A stretch of 64,000 nucleotides of DNA from Hyphomicrobiaceae bacterium (GCA_044507625.1 JBIQJE010000009.1:31842-95841); one strand, 5' to 3'; numbered from the stretch's first letter, positions 1 to 10,095 are shown. Translations and numbers: made by a program. Notes: a model not told the origin generated them from the letters alone.

Positions 1-531
1 GTGGCGCTCGAAGCCGTATTCGGGATGCAGCCCGCCGAGCTTCACCATCATGCGGTCGCGCGTGACCTTGGCGATGATCGAAGCCGCGGCGATGGAGAGG
101 CAGCGCGCATCGCCCTTCACCACCGTTCGCGACGAGCATTTGAGCTTCGGCGCGCGATTGCCGTCGATGACTGCGAGCTTCGGCGTTTGCGGGAGCTGCG
201 AAATGGCCTGCGCCATCGCCCACATGGTGGCATGCAGGATGTTGATCCTGTCGATCATCTCCACGTCCGCAACGCCGACGCCGATGATGGCCGTCGCGCG
301 GATGCGCCCGTAGAGCACTTCGCGCGTTTCGGGATCGAGCACCTTGGAATCGTCTATGCCGTCGGGGATGCGCTCGGGATCGAGGATGACGGCCGCGGCA
401 ACCACCGGGCCTGCCAGCGGGCCCCGGCCCGCCTCGTCGACACCGGCAATCGGGCCGCCGTGCAGCTGCAGTTCGGCCGCCTCCAGCTCGAAGGTCGGTC
501 GCGGTCTAAGCTCGGCGGTCGCGTTCCCCAT
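1..531 (-). CDS. rnhB: ribonuclease HII (C-terminus cut off by window edge)
   Basis: The minus frame is open from ATG (531-529) to position 1 and is absent from the ORF track. Hand translation gives MGNATAEL..IAGVDEAGRGPLAGPVVAAAVIL..DSKVL..HPEYGFERH, which carries RNase HII motifs. Confidence 0.9.
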   Translation of the reverse strand, partial: MGNATAELRPRPTFELEAAELQLHGGPIAGVDEAGRGPLAGPVVAAAVILDPERIPDGIDDSKVLDPETREVLYGRIRATAIIGVGVADVEMIDRINILHATMWAMAQAISQLPQTPKLAVIDGNRAPKLKCSSRTVVKGDARCLSIAAASIIAKVTRDRMMVKLGGLHPEYGFERH

Positions 532-597
532 CGGGGGAAGTTCCGCCGCCCCGGTCCGCAAGTCAAAGAGACTTGCGCTTCAGCCTGAGGAAAACTC

Positions 598-1755
598 TCA
601 GAAAAGCGGCATTTGTTGCCCCTGGAGCACGGGCCGGCGGAAGAGGTCGGTGCGCAATTCCGAGCGGTCGGTGTTGAGGCCGAGGCGTTTGACCGCCAGG
701 CGGAAGCGCATTCCGATCTGCTCCGCATAGGGCCCCGACCCGCGCTGCCGGATGCCGAATTCGGATGTGTAGTCGCGGCCGCCGTGCATCCCTTGCACGA
801 GGTGCATGACCCGGTCCGACCGGTCCGGGAACTCCGATGCCAGCCATTCGCGGAAGAGCGCCGCGATCTCCAGCGGCAGCCGCAGCATCACGTAGCCCGC
901 TGAGCGCGCGCCCGCCGCCTTTGCCGCCTCGAGGATCCGTTCGATCTCCGGATCGGTGAGCCCGGGGATGATCGGCGCCACCATGACGGTCGTCGGGATG
1001 CCCGCTTCGGCGAGCTGGCGCACGGCGTCCAGCCGCCGTTGCGGGGTCGGCGCCCGCGGCTCCATCGCCCGCGCGATCTTTGGATCGAGGGTCGTCACCG
1101 AGATGCACGCGCGAACGAGATGGCGTTCCGCCATACGCTGAAGGATGTCGATGTCGCGCGTAATCAAAGCCGACTTGGTGACGATGCCGACGGGATGATT
1201 GGTCCGGTCCAGCACCTCCAGCACCGAGCGCATGACGCGCCGCTCCCGCTCGATCGGCTGATAGGGATCGGTGTTGGTGCCGATCGCCATGCATGCGGGT
1301 GTATAGCGTGGGTTCGAAAGCTCCTTCTCCAGCAGCGCCGCAGCGTTGGTGCGCGCATAGAGTTTCGTTTCGAAGTCGAGCCCTGCCGAATGGCCGAGGA
1401 AGCAGTGCGTCGGCCGCGCGAAGCAATAGATGCAGCCGTGCTCGCAGCCGCGATAGGGGTTGATCGAGCGATCGAATGAAATGTCGGGACTGTCGTTGCG
1501 TGTGATGATGGTGCGTGCAGGATCGTCGAATACCGTCGTCTTGAAGGCGTCGAGGTCGGCAAGCCCCTCCCAGCCATCGTCAAATGCTTCCCGGCGCTCC
1601 TCTTCGAAACGGCCCGTATGGTTGGAGCGCGCGCCGCGCCCGCGCCGTCGCTCGTCCTCGACGAGGCCGCCGGGTGTCGCAACGGGCTTCGGGAACGCTT
1701 TTTGCTGCCGTGCCAAATTGTTCTCCGCTTGCTCGGCCGGCATGGGCTGGCGCAC
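598..1755 (-). CDS. PA0069-family radical SAM protein (SplB/DNA-photolyase-like)
   Basis: 385-aa ORF with the radical-SAM CxxxCxxC motif (CEHGCIYC). The start is GTG 1755 or ATG 1743. It lies 66 nt upstream of rnhB on the same strand. Confidence 0.9.
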   Translation of the reverse strand: MRQPMPAEQAENNLARQQKAFPKPVATPGGLVEDERRRGRGARSNHTGRFEEERREAFDDGWEGLADLDAFKTTVFDDPARTIITRNDSPDISFDRSINPYRGCEHGCIYCFARPTHCFLGHSAGLDFETKLYARTNAAALLEKELSNPRYTPACMAIGTNTDPYQPIERERRVMRSVLEVLDRTNHPVGIVTKSALITRDIDILQRMAERHLVRACISVTTLDPKIARAMEPRAPTPQRRLDAVRQLAEAGIPTTVMVAPIIPGLTDPEIERILEAAKAAGARSAGYVMLRLPLEIAALFREWLASEFPDRSDRVMHLVQGMHGGRDYTSEFGIRQRGSGPYAEQIGMRFRLAVKRLGLNTDRSELRTDLFRRPVLQGQQMPLF

Positions 1756-1797
1756 ACACGCGACCTTCGCCAGGGCTGAACCCTAGCACCCCATCCA

Positions 1798-1812
1798 GAA
1801 CAAAACAAGAAC
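1798..1812. promoter_or_regulatory. alphaproteobacterial LexA (SOS) box, GAAC-N7-GAAC
   Basis: GAACaaaacaaGAAC lies about 43 nt upstream of the radical-SAM start codon. It is an exact match to the direct-repeat SOS-box consensus described for Rhodobacter/Rhizobium LexA. Confidence 0.55.
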
Positions 1813-2444
1813 AATAATCAATGCGGCGCCGGCCTCGGCCGCCCGGAACGCGGCAATCGCCGTTGAGTCAGGAACCCGCCGGAGGGGCTGCTCAGCGCGG
1901 CTGCCGGGGGGACTTTTCTCTGACCTGCCGGCACGCCGCTTCGGCACCCCGCAGCGCCGCCGCCGCAGCAAATTCCTCGGCGGTCGTAATTTCGCCGCCA
2001 GAGTTCGATGTTTTTGTCCTGGATCAGCGCTTTACGGGGGTGAAAGCTGTGACCGCCACTTCGGTTCAGGTCATGTTCGCGGGCTTTGCCTCCGTGACGC
2101 CGTCACCGGGCGCCAAGGACGCCGATGCGGCTCTCGCGTCGGCCCCGGGTGTCCACCGGCACGGCAAAGACGATACGGCGAAAAGGAACCCGGAGACGCC
2201 GCTCACCGTGAGCCGCATACCGGTCAAGATGCAGCTTCGGTTCCCGGCGCCGCCCGTCGGACGCGTCTCTTCGTTCGAGGTTTTTTCCAAGGCAGCGCAG
2301 AGCGAGACGCGGCGCCATCGCCGCGCCGGAGCGCTGTTAGCAACGTTTGGGATTTTGACGGTTTTCGCGCCGCGCGGAGCGGACATTCGTATTTGACAGT
2401 GGTAGGTATGCATCGCTCAGGTGAGTACGCAGGGGGTCACTTCC

Positions 2445-3155
2445 ATGGCGCAGACGCAGGTGCAGTTCACGCCCGTTCAGGTTCTCCAGGCCGCAAAGCG
2501 CGCCGAGGCCGAGGGCAAGATGGACTATGCCCTACAATTCTATCGCCACCTCGTGGAGCAGCATGGGAATTCGCCTGAAGCCCAGGCAGCGCGCGAGGGG
2601 CTCTTCCGCATCGCCGAGTGGCGTTGGGGGGAAGCACGCGTCACCCACGGCCGGGAAGCCGGCAGCCAGGGCGCGGCCAATCCGCAGGGTGGACAGCCGC
2701 AGGCGCAGCAGCAGAGGCCTGCGCCGGGTCCGGCTCAAGCCCACGGCGATCAGCGCGCCTACCACGCTGCCGGCTCGGACAATGCTTCCGAGGAGTATCA
2801 CGCAGAGGCGGCGGGCGCGCTGCCGCAGATCGTTTCCCGCCGTCGCGCCGGGACGGAGCGGCCCTCGTACGAGCCCCGTTTCCGCATCGCTCAGCTGGCA
2901 GCGCACACGCTCAGCGGCATCGGCTGGCTGACGCTGCTGACCGGTATCATCGGCGTCATCGCGGCCGTGGCGGGCCTCGTCACCGAGCTTTCGGCGGCGG
3001 TCATGGGGCTGCCGCTGGGCGTGCTGATCGGCGTGCCGTTCGTGGTGATCGGCCTTGCGCTCGCCGTTGGCGGTCAGGTCGCCTCCGCCATCTTCGACGG
3101 CACCAACGCCGCGCTCGAACGGGCAGCCGTTGCGCGCGCTCAGGCGGGCTACTGA
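2445..3155 (+). CDS. hypothetical membrane protein (soluble N-domain, Q/A/P-rich linker, C-terminal TM helices)
   Basis: ORF 2421..3155. ATG 2445 is preceded by AGGGGG. The C-terminus (LTLLTGIIGVIAAVAGL..LGVLIGVPFVVIGLALAVGG) is hydrophobic. I recognise no family. Confidence 0.6.
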   Translation: MAQTQVQFTPVQVLQAAKRAEAEGKMDYALQFYRHLVEQHGNSPEAQAAREGLFRIAEWRWGEARVTHGREAGSQGAANPQGGQPQAQQQRPAPGPAQAHGDQRAYHAAGSDNASEEYHAEAAGALPQIVSRRRAGTERPSYEPRFRIAQLAAHTLSGIGWLTLLTGIIGVIAAVAGLVTELSAAVMGLPLGVLIGVPFVVIGLALAVGGQVASAIFDGTNAALERAAVARAQAGY

Positions 3156-3217
3156 GCGCCGGCTCACCCGGTCATTCGCGCGAACGATCCGGCCACGGCA
3201 TGGGCGAACGGCCGGCG

Positions 3218-3760
3218 CTAGCCCTTCGTCTCCTTCATGCGGGGCATGATGTCGACGAGGTTGCAGGGCCGGTGGCGGCTGTCGAGCTGGTATTTGAGAA
3301 TGCCGTTCCACGCGTCCCGGCATGCGCCCGGCGATCCCGGCAGGCAGAAGATATACGTGCCGTTCGCAGTGCCGCCGCAGGCACGCGACTGGATCGTCGA
3401 TGTCCCCACGCTCTGGAACGAGAGCATGTGAAAGACGACCGAGAAGCCCTCGATCTCTTTTTCGAAAAGCGGGCGCACGGCGTCGGGCGTCACGTCCCGT
3501 CCGGTGAAGCCGGTGCCGCCCGTCGTAATGACGGCGTCTATGTCCGGATCGGCGATCCAGCTCTTCACGAGCGCGCGGATCTTTTCCACGTCGTCCGTGA
3601 TGATCTCGCGCTGCGCCAGCGTATGCCCCGCGGTTCCGATCAACTCCTCCAGCGTGTCACCCGATTTGTCGGAGCCCCGGTCGCGCGTGTCCGAAACGGT
3701 CAGCGTTGCGATGCGCAGCGGCCGGAAGGCGATGCTTTCGTCGATCCTTGAAATGGACAT
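3218..3760 (-). CDS. moaB: molybdenum cofactor biosynthesis protein B (MoaB/Mog domain)
   Basis: 180 aa with the TGGTGFTGRDVTPDA motif and a MoaB-like length and layout. Confidence 0.85.
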   Translation of the reverse strand: MSISRIDESIAFRPLRIATLTVSDTRDRGSDKSGDTLEELIGTAGHTLAQREIITDDVEKIRALVKSWIADPDIDAVITTGGTGFTGRDVTPDAVRPLFEKEIEGFSVVFHMLSFQSVGTSTIQSRACGGTANGTYIFCLPGSPGACRDAWNGILKYQLDSRHRPCNLVDIMPRMKETKG

Positions 3761-3790
3761 GACAGCCCTTTGCGTTGAATGGAATGAGGC

Positions 3791-4735
3791 TCAGGCCTTC
3801 AGTGCCGCCTTCACGGCAAGCAGGTCGCGCCAAGCCATGCCTTTGGCGGCGGGCGTGCGCAGCAGGTAGGCGGGATGCAGCGTAGCCATGGCCTTTACCG
3901 GCTCTCCGCCCACATCCAGCGTACGCCACTTGCCCCTGAGACGCATGATCCCCTCCGGCACATCGAACAGCTGCTTCGCCGCCGAGCCGCCGAGCGCCAG
4001 CACCACCCTCGGCGCGACGAGCGCGATCTGCCGCTCGAGAAACGGCCGGCAGGCGAGAGCTTCCTGCGGCGTCGGCGTGCGGTTCCCCGGCGGGCGCCAA
4101 TAGACGATATTGGTGATGTGGACGTTGGCTTCGCCCATGTCGATGGCGGCGAGCATCCGGTCGAGAAGCTGCCCGGCGCGGCCGACGAACGGCTTGCCTT
4201 CGAGGTCTTCATCGCGCCCCGGTGCCTCGCCGACGATGAGCAGCGGTGCCCGCTCCGCGCCGCGGTAGAAGCACAGGTTCTTGGCGGTCGCCTTTAGACC
4301 GCAGCCGTCGAAAGTGGAGAGCGCGGCACCGAGATCGGCGAGGGTGCGCACGCTCGACAGATTGACGCGGGGCTCGAGCGCCAAAGGTGCCGCAGGCGCA
4401 CCGGAGAACTGCCGCGCCGGCGGCGTCTGGTGCATGGGACGCGCCGCGGGGGATGCGGGAACGTATCCTTGACGTGGAGCGGCGGCGGCAGGCGGCGAGC
4501 CCGGGGCCGGCGCGCGCTGGTGAGTGGAGCTTGCCGCCGCACCAGAGGCGCTGTCCGCGCTCGTCGGCATGGAAAAGCCGCTTCCGGGCGCCGTCTCGCC
4601 GCGCGCCATCCAGTCGACGGGTTCTTCCGCAAGCGCCGCATCGACACCCATCGCCGCATACCAGGCGAGGATGCGCCCCGCAGCGCGGCGAGCGGCCATC
4701 CCAGGTGTTTTGTCGGAAGCGCTGTCAGAACCCAT
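3791..4735 (-). CDS. uracil-DNA glycosylase, family 4
   Basis: The C-terminal 200 aa carry GEAPGRDED and HPAYLLR motifs. The long ORF (to 5161) overlaps ETF-QO, so an internal ATG is preferred (4735, alternatively 4699). Confidence 0.85.
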   Translation of the reverse strand: MGSDSASDKTPGMAARRAAGRILAWYAAMGVDAALAEEPVDWMARGETAPGSGFSMPTSADSASGAAASSTHQRAPAPGSPPAAAAPRQGYVPASPAARPMHQTPPARQFSGAPAAPLALEPRVNLSSVRTLADLGAALSTFDGCGLKATAKNLCFYRGAERAPLLIVGEAPGRDEDLEGKPFVGRAGQLLDRMLAAIDMGEANVHITNIVYWRPPGNRTPTPQEALACRPFLERQIALVAPRVVLALGGSAAKQLFDVPEGIMRLRGKWRTLDVGGEPVKAMATLHPAYLLRTPAAKGMAWRDLLAVKAALKA

Positions 4736-4895
4736 GGCGCAGCACCATATAGTGCTGCACGGCCCGCTCAATAGCGCGCGCGCCGTCACATCTCCCATCA
4801 TCGGCCCCGAATTGCGGCCCCGCGGCGCTTGACGCTGCCGCCCCGGGAGACCTACGACCACTTTAGAGACATTAGAAGCTTTCGCGCGACACGAG

Positions 4896-6587
4896 GTGAC
4901 ACGGAAGATGGCCGAGACTGCAGCCGCGCTGCCGCCCCGAGAGGCGATGGAATTCGACGTCGTCATCGTGGGCGCGGGCCCCGCTGGCCTGAGCGCGGCC
5001 ATCCGCCTGAAACAGCTCGCCGCCGAGGCCGATACCGAGCTTTCCGTCGTGGTGGTGGAGAAAGGCTCCGAGGTCGGCGCCCACATTCTCTCCGGCGCCG
5101 TCATCGATCCGAAGGGGCTCAACCGGCTCATTCCGGACTGGAAGGAGAAGGGTGCGCCCATCGAGACCGAGGTGCGCGACGACCGCTTCTATTTCCTCAC
5201 GGCCACCAAGGCCTTGCGCCTGCCGAACATCTTCATGCCGCCGCTGATGAACAATCACGGCAATTATATCGTCAGCCTCGGCGCGCTCTGTGCCTGGCTG
5301 GGCGAGCAGGCGGCCGAACTCGGCGTGGAGGTCTATCCGGGCTTCGCCGCCAGCGAGGTTCTCTACGATGAATCAGGTGCGGTCGTCGGCATCGCGACGG
5401 GCGACATGGGGATTGGCCGCGACGGCCAGCCCACCGACGCCTTCGTGCGCGGCATGGAGCTGCGCGGCAAATATACGTTTCTGGCGGAGGGCGCCCGCGG
5501 CTCGCTGACCAAGCAGCTCGTCGAGGAGTTCAAGCTCACCGAGGGCCGCGAGGCGCAGAAATACGGCATCGGCTTGAAAGAGCTGTGGCGCGTGGCCCCC
5601 GAGAAGCATCAGCCCGGGCTGGTGCAGCACTCCTTCGGCTGGCCGTTGGACAACCGCACCGGCGGCGGCTCGTTTCTCTACCACTATGGCGATAACCTCG
5701 TCTCCGTGGGCTTCGTGCTGCACCTCAACTACGAGAACCCCTACCTCTCGCCCTACGACGAGTTCCAGCGCTTCAAGACGCACCCCGCCATCCGCGACAC
5801 GTTCGAGGGCGGCAAGCGCATCGGCTATGGCGCGCGCGCCATCACCGAGGGCGGCTGGCAATCGATTCCGAAGCTGACCTTCCCGGGCGGTGCGCTGCTC
5901 GGCTGCGCGGCCGGGTTCGTCAACGTCCCACGCATTAAGGGCAGCCATAATGCCATCCTGTCCGGCATCGCGGCGGCTGAAGCGGCGTTCTCGGCCATCG
6001 GGGAAGGCCGAGCGCACGATGAGCTACCCGCCTACGAGACGGCAGTCTACGAGGGCGATATCGCCAAGGATTTGATGCCAGTGCGGAACGCCAAGCCGCT
6101 GTGGTCGCGGTTCGGCACCCTGCTCGGCATCGCGCTGGGCGGCATCGACATGTGGCTCAATACGCTGCTTCCGGGCGGCCTTCGCTTCACCTTGAGCCAT
6201 AAGAAACCGGACTACGCGACGCTGAAGCGGGCGCAGGATGCAAAGCCGATCGCCTATCCAAAGCCCGACGGCGTGTTGACCTTCGACCGCCTCACGAGCG
6301 TATCCTTCTCCGGCACCAACCATGAGGAGAACCAGCCGGTTCACCTCAAGCTCACCGATCCGCGGGTGCCGGTGGCAATCAACCTTCCCGAGTTCGCCGA
6401 GCCCGCGCAGCGCTACTGCCCTGCCGGCGTCTATGAGATCGTGACCGAAGGGAACGGCGAGCCGCGCTTCCAGATCAACGCGCAGAACTGCGTCCACTGC
6501 AAAACCTGCGATATCAAGGATCCGAGCCAGAATATCACCTGGGTTTGCCCCGAAGGAGGCGGCGGCCCCAATTATGCCGGAATGTGA
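4896..6587 (+). CDS. electron transfer flavoprotein-ubiquinone oxidoreductase
   Basis: 563 aa with an FAD fold (DVVIVGAGPAGLSAA) and a C-terminal 4Fe-4S motif (CVHCKTCDIKDP). The overall pattern is ETF-QO. Confidence 0.92.
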   Translation: MTRKMAETAAALPPREAMEFDVVIVGAGPAGLSAAIRLKQLAAEADTELSVVVVEKGSEVGAHILSGAVIDPKGLNRLIPDWKEKGAPIETEVRDDRFYFLTATKALRLPNIFMPPLMNNHGNYIVSLGALCAWLGEQAAELGVEVYPGFAASEVLYDESGAVVGIATGDMGIGRDGQPTDAFVRGMELRGKYTFLAEGARGSLTKQLVEEFKLTEGREAQKYGIGLKELWRVAPEKHQPGLVQHSFGWPLDNRTGGGSFLYHYGDNLVSVGFVLHLNYENPYLSPYDEFQRFKTHPAIRDTFEGGKRIGYGARAITEGGWQSIPKLTFPGGALLGCAAGFVNVPRIKGSHNAILSGIAAAEAAFSAIGEGRAHDELPAYETAVYEGDIAKDLMPVRNAKPLWSRFGTLLGIALGGIDMWLNTLLPGGLRFTLSHKKPDYATLKRAQDAKPIAYPKPDGVLTFDRLTSVSFSGTNHEENQPVHLKLTDPRVPVAINLPEFAEPAQRYCPAGVYEIVTEGNGEPRFQINAQNCVHCKTCDIKDPSQNITWVCPEGGGGPNYAGM

Positions 6588-6743
6588 GGTGCCTAGCTCG
6601 TTTGCGGATGTGTGAATAAGTCACGGCGGGAATTTCCGGATTCAACGTTACCCGCCGTGCCGGTGTCGCCAAATCGCCGCGTTGTTTGTTAGGCTGCGCC
6701 GTTGCGGGAATCGGCCCACACTGCCTCCAAAGGATGAGTTTGA

Positions 6744-8543
6744 ATGCCGTCCAGCCTTCGCAAGCTGCTGCACGCCACGGCAACCGCCCTTGGCGTCTTT
6801 GTCATTAGTCTCAGCGCCGCGCAGGCCGCCAACGACTTCGCGACCGAAACGAGATCGCACTCGTTGCTGGGCAGCTATCTGGCGGCAAACCTCGCCAAGG
6901 GCTCCAACGACACCTCCGGCGCGGCCACGTTCTACCGCAGCGCGCTGCAGCTCGATCCCAACAATGCCGTGCTGATCGAGCAGGCTTTCCAGACGGAAGC
7001 GGCTGCCGGCAACTGGGAGCGCGCCGTGCCGCTCGCCCGCCAGCTCGTCGCCAAGGACGCCGACAACCGCATGGCGCATCTGCTGCTGGGCCTCGATGCC
7101 TTCAAGCGCAGCAACTACACGAAGGCCGACGAGGAGTTCCGCAAGGCGAGCGACGGCCCCATCGGCGAATTGACGAGCACGCTGGCGCGCGCCTGGGCCG
7201 CTGCCGGCTCCGGCAATGCGCAGCGCGCGCTCAATCTGCTCGCGATGCCGCGCCAGGCCGAGTGGGCGCAGTTCTATCTCAACTATCACAAGGCGCTGAT
7301 CGCCGACGTTCTGGGCCGCACCGACGAGGCGACCGCCTCGTACGAGCATTCGATGCGCCAGGATGCAACGACGCTGCGCATCGCGCTCGCCTTTGCCCGC
7401 CACGCGGCGCGGAACGGCAACCTGAAGCGCGCCAACGAAATCCTGAGTATGCAGGCCGAGCGCACGCAGCCCGAGCCGCACGTACTCGTTCGCGAGCTGC
7501 AGGCCGCGATCGCCCCGGGCAAGAAGAAGGTCGATCTGCTGGTCTCGACGCCTAGCGAAGGCATCGCGGAAGTCTTCTACGGCCTCGGCGAAGCGCTGAC
7601 GAGCGAAGGCGGCCTCAGCATGGGCGTCCTCTATCTCCAGCTCGCGCTCTATGCCGAGCCCAAGCACCCGTTCGCGCTCGCTGCACTTGCCAGCGCCTAT
7701 GAAGTCGGCCAGCGCTACCAGGACGCCATCGACGCCTACGATCGCATCCCTCCCGGAACGGCGTTGCAGTCGGCGATCGACATTCGCAAGGCCTTCGATC
7801 TCAACTCGCTCGACAAGGCCGATGAGGCGAAACAGATCCTCGACCGCCTGGCGAAGCAGGAGCCCGACGATCTGAAGCCGCTCGATGCGCTCGGCAACAT
7901 TCTGCGCGCCCGCAAGCGTTACGACGAGGCCGCCGATGTCTACACCCGCGCGATCAAGCTGATCCCCAAGCCCGACAAGCGGCATTGGAGCATCTATTAC
8001 TCACGCGGCACCTGCTATGAGCGCCTGAAGAACTGGCCGGCCGCCGAGGCCGATCTCAAGAAGGCGCTCGAGCTCTACCCCGATCAGCCGCTCGCGCTGA
8101 ACTACCTCGGCTATAGCTGGATCGATCAGAACGTGAACCTCAAGGAGGGCATGTCGCTGATCGAGAAGGCCGTCGCCCTGAAGCCCGACGATGGCTACAT
8201 CGTCGACAGCCTCGGCTGGGCGCACTTCAAGCTCGGCAACTACACCGAGGCGGTGCGCTTCCTCGAGCGGGCCGTCGAGCTGAAGCCGCAGGACCCCGTC
8301 CTCAACGATCACCTGGGCGATGCGCTCTGGCGCGTCGGCCGCGAGCGTGAGGCGAAGTTCCAGTGGGATCAGTCGCTCACCCTCGATCCCGAGCCCGACG
8401 AGGTGGAGAAGATCAAGAAGAAGCTCGTCGAGGGACTGCCGCCGAGCATCGGGACTGCGCGCACCAGCCAGCGCGAGACGATGCGCCGCGTGCATCAGAA
8501 GCGGCGCAAGGAAACGAAGCTCAACCCGGCGCTCGTCGAGTAG
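6744..8543 (+). CDS. secreted tetratricopeptide-repeat protein
   Basis: Signal peptide (..VISLSAAQA) followed by many TPR-like repeats (AxxxYxxAL..P..). It sits upstream of ispE, as in other Rhizobiales (from memory). Confidence 0.8.
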   Translation: MPSSLRKLLHATATALGVFVISLSAAQAANDFATETRSHSLLGSYLAANLAKGSNDTSGAATFYRSALQLDPNNAVLIEQAFQTEAAAGNWERAVPLARQLVAKDADNRMAHLLLGLDAFKRSNYTKADEEFRKASDGPIGELTSTLARAWAAAGSGNAQRALNLLAMPRQAEWAQFYLNYHKALIADVLGRTDEATASYEHSMRQDATTLRIALAFARHAARNGNLKRANEILSMQAERTQPEPHVLVRELQAAIAPGKKKVDLLVSTPSEGIAEVFYGLGEALTSEGGLSMGVLYLQLALYAEPKHPFALAALASAYEVGQRYQDAIDAYDRIPPGTALQSAIDIRKAFDLNSLDKADEAKQILDRLAKQEPDDLKPLDALGNILRARKRYDEAADVYTRAIKLIPKPDKRHWSIYYSRGTCYERLKNWPAAEADLKKALELYPDQPLALNYLGYSWIDQNVNLKEGMSLIEKAVALKPDDGYIVDSLGWAHFKLGNYTEAVRFLERAVELKPQDPVLNDHLGDALWRVGREREAKFQWDQSLTLDPEPDEVEKIKKKLVEGLPPSIGTARTSQRETMRRVHQKRRKETKLNPALVE

Positions 8544-8633
8544 GCCGGCGAGCATTTCGCGGCGCCGCGCTGCTCCGGCACGGCCCCGCTTTCGCGCCCA
8601 GCGGACCGGTATCGCCATCGGCGAGCGGATCGG

Positions 8634-9524
8634 ATGGGCGAGGCGGCGAACTCGATGCTCACCATCACCGAACACGCGCGTGCGAAGATCAACCTGACGC
8701 TCCGCGTGCTCGGGCGCCGCGCCGACGGCTATCATACGCTCGAAAGCCTCATCACCTTCGCTGACGTGGGCGATGCCGTGCGCTTTGCGCCGGGCGAGCC
8801 GCCAAGCGTCGAGATGTCGGGCCTCTATGCCGGCGCCATCACCGGAAGCAATCTCATCGACACGGCCCTGGAGCGCCTCACCTCCGCCGATCCCGCGCTG
8901 GTGCTCGGCCGCATCGAGGTCGACAAGCAGCTTCCCATTGCAGCCGGCATCGGCGGCGGCTCGGCGGACGCGGCAGCCGTGCTGCGCGCCGTGCGCCGCG
9001 CCAATCCCGCCGGCAAAGTGAACTGGGAGGAGATCGCAGCCAGCCTCGGCGCAGACGTCACCGTGTGCCTTGCGGACCGCACATCCCACGTGTGGGGCGC
9101 CGGCGAAAAGATAAGGCCGGTTGCAGATCTGCCCAGCCTCGATGCCGTGCTCGTATGTCCTCTGGGCGCCTCCCCGATCGGAAAGACCAGGGCCGTATTC
9201 TCGCAGCTTTCGTTGCCCCTCGCCGAACCGGTGAAAACGCCCGCTCCGCTGCCGCCGTTCCCCGACCGCGATGCGCTGCTCGCATACATGCGCGCGGTCG
9301 GCAACGATCTGGCGGCGCCTGCACGCGCGGTGATGCCGGTGTGCGCGCAAGCCGATGCCGCCCTGCGCGATTGCGATGAATGTGTTTACGTGGGGCTCTC
9401 CGGCGCCGGACCGACGAGCTTCGGCATTTTCACGGACGGCCAGCACGCCGCCGCGGCTGCGGAGATATTGCGCACCCGCCATCCCGGCTGGTGGATCGCC
9501 GCAACGACCCTGGGCGACAGATAG
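8634..9524 (+). CDS. ispE: 4-diphosphocytidyl-2-C-methyl-D-erythritol kinase
   Basis: AKINLTLRVLGRRADGYH and PIAAGIGGGSADAAAVLRA GHMP-kinase motifs. An alternative ATG is at 8655. Confidence 0.9.
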   Translation: MGEAANSMLTITEHARAKINLTLRVLGRRADGYHTLESLITFADVGDAVRFAPGEPPSVEMSGLYAGAITGSNLIDTALERLTSADPALVLGRIEVDKQLPIAAGIGGGSADAAAVLRAVRRANPAGKVNWEEIAASLGADVTVCLADRTSHVWGAGEKIRPVADLPSLDAVLVCPLGASPIGKTRAVFSQLSLPLAEPVKTPAPLPPFPDRDALLAYMRAVGNDLAAPARAVMPVCAQADAALRDCDECVYVGLSGAGPTSFGIFTDGQHAAAAAEILRTRHPGWWIAATTLGDR

Positions 9525-9603
9525 GCTGGCCAAAGCCGCGCCACACGGCGTGATGCAGCCCGCACTGGGCGCATGCAACGCGTCGTTATTCCGTCGCGGA
9601 CGT

Positions 9604-10095
9604 TCAGCAGAAGAAGCAGTTCCGGCAGGCGGTGGCGGCTTCGTTGATCTGGCCGCTCATGATCTTCGAATATTCCGCCAGTTTCGGCTTGAAGCGCTCG
9701 CAGATCGTCTTCTTCGCCTCGGCCTCCCCGTGCAGCGTTTCCCACTGCTTCAGGTATTCGCCCTTCTTGGTGCGGAAGGTGGCGAACACCTTGCGCAGCG
9801 ATGTCGGGTCGACGCAACCGCTCACCGCCACCCAGGCGCGGCGCTGCAGGTTGAGCTTGGTGCCGCAGAATTCCTGTAGCGCGTCGACCGTGGCGTATTC
9901 GTCCACCAGCTTCCAGAGGTTGGCCTGCTCGGCCTTGCTCATGTCGCCGATGCCGAGCTTCACGAGCGTAATACCACCCTCGAGGGTTGCGGGCGGTTGC
10001 GCCGCGGCACCGCCTGCAACGGCAATGGAGAAAGCGGCAAGGAGCCAGCCGGTCGGCCCGAGCATGCGCCTGACGGAATGCATAAGCGACGGCAC
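9604..10095 (-). CDS. hypothetical secreted protein
   Basis: 163 aa. GTG start with GGGGAG 6 nt upstream. Signal peptide (..AFSIAVAGGAAA). No family recognised. Confidence 0.55.
   Translation of the reverse strand: MPSLMHSVRRMLGPTGWLLAAFSIAVAGGAAAQPPATLEGGITLVKLGIGDMSKAEQANLWKLVDEYATVDALQEFCGTKLNLQRRAWVAVSGCVDPTSLRKVFATFRTKKGEYLKQWETLHGEAEAKKTICERFKPKLAEYSKIMSGQINEAATACRNCFFC

Noticed and set aside
1-588. 195-aa plus-strand ORF at the window start
   Set aside because: It is antisense to a frame that translates cleanly into RNase HII (DEAGRGPLAGPV motif), so it is a high-GC shadow ORF.
2393-2420. Sigma-70-like TTGACA upstream of the 2445 CDS
   Set aside because: There is no acceptable -10 hexamer at 16-18 nt spacing, so I do not report it as a promoter.
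4736-5161. N-terminal 142 codons of the 456-aa ORF containing the UDG
   Set aside because: The extension overlaps the ETF-QO gene antisense and is low-complexity. The UDG family-4 core needs only about 200-310 aa.
6648-9578. Long minus-strand ORFs (445 aa and 525 aa) opposite the TPR protein and ispE
   Set aside because: They are Arg/Ala/Gly-rich with no motifs and lie fully antisense to genes with clear family signatures. These are typical stop-poor antisense frames of high-GC DNA.
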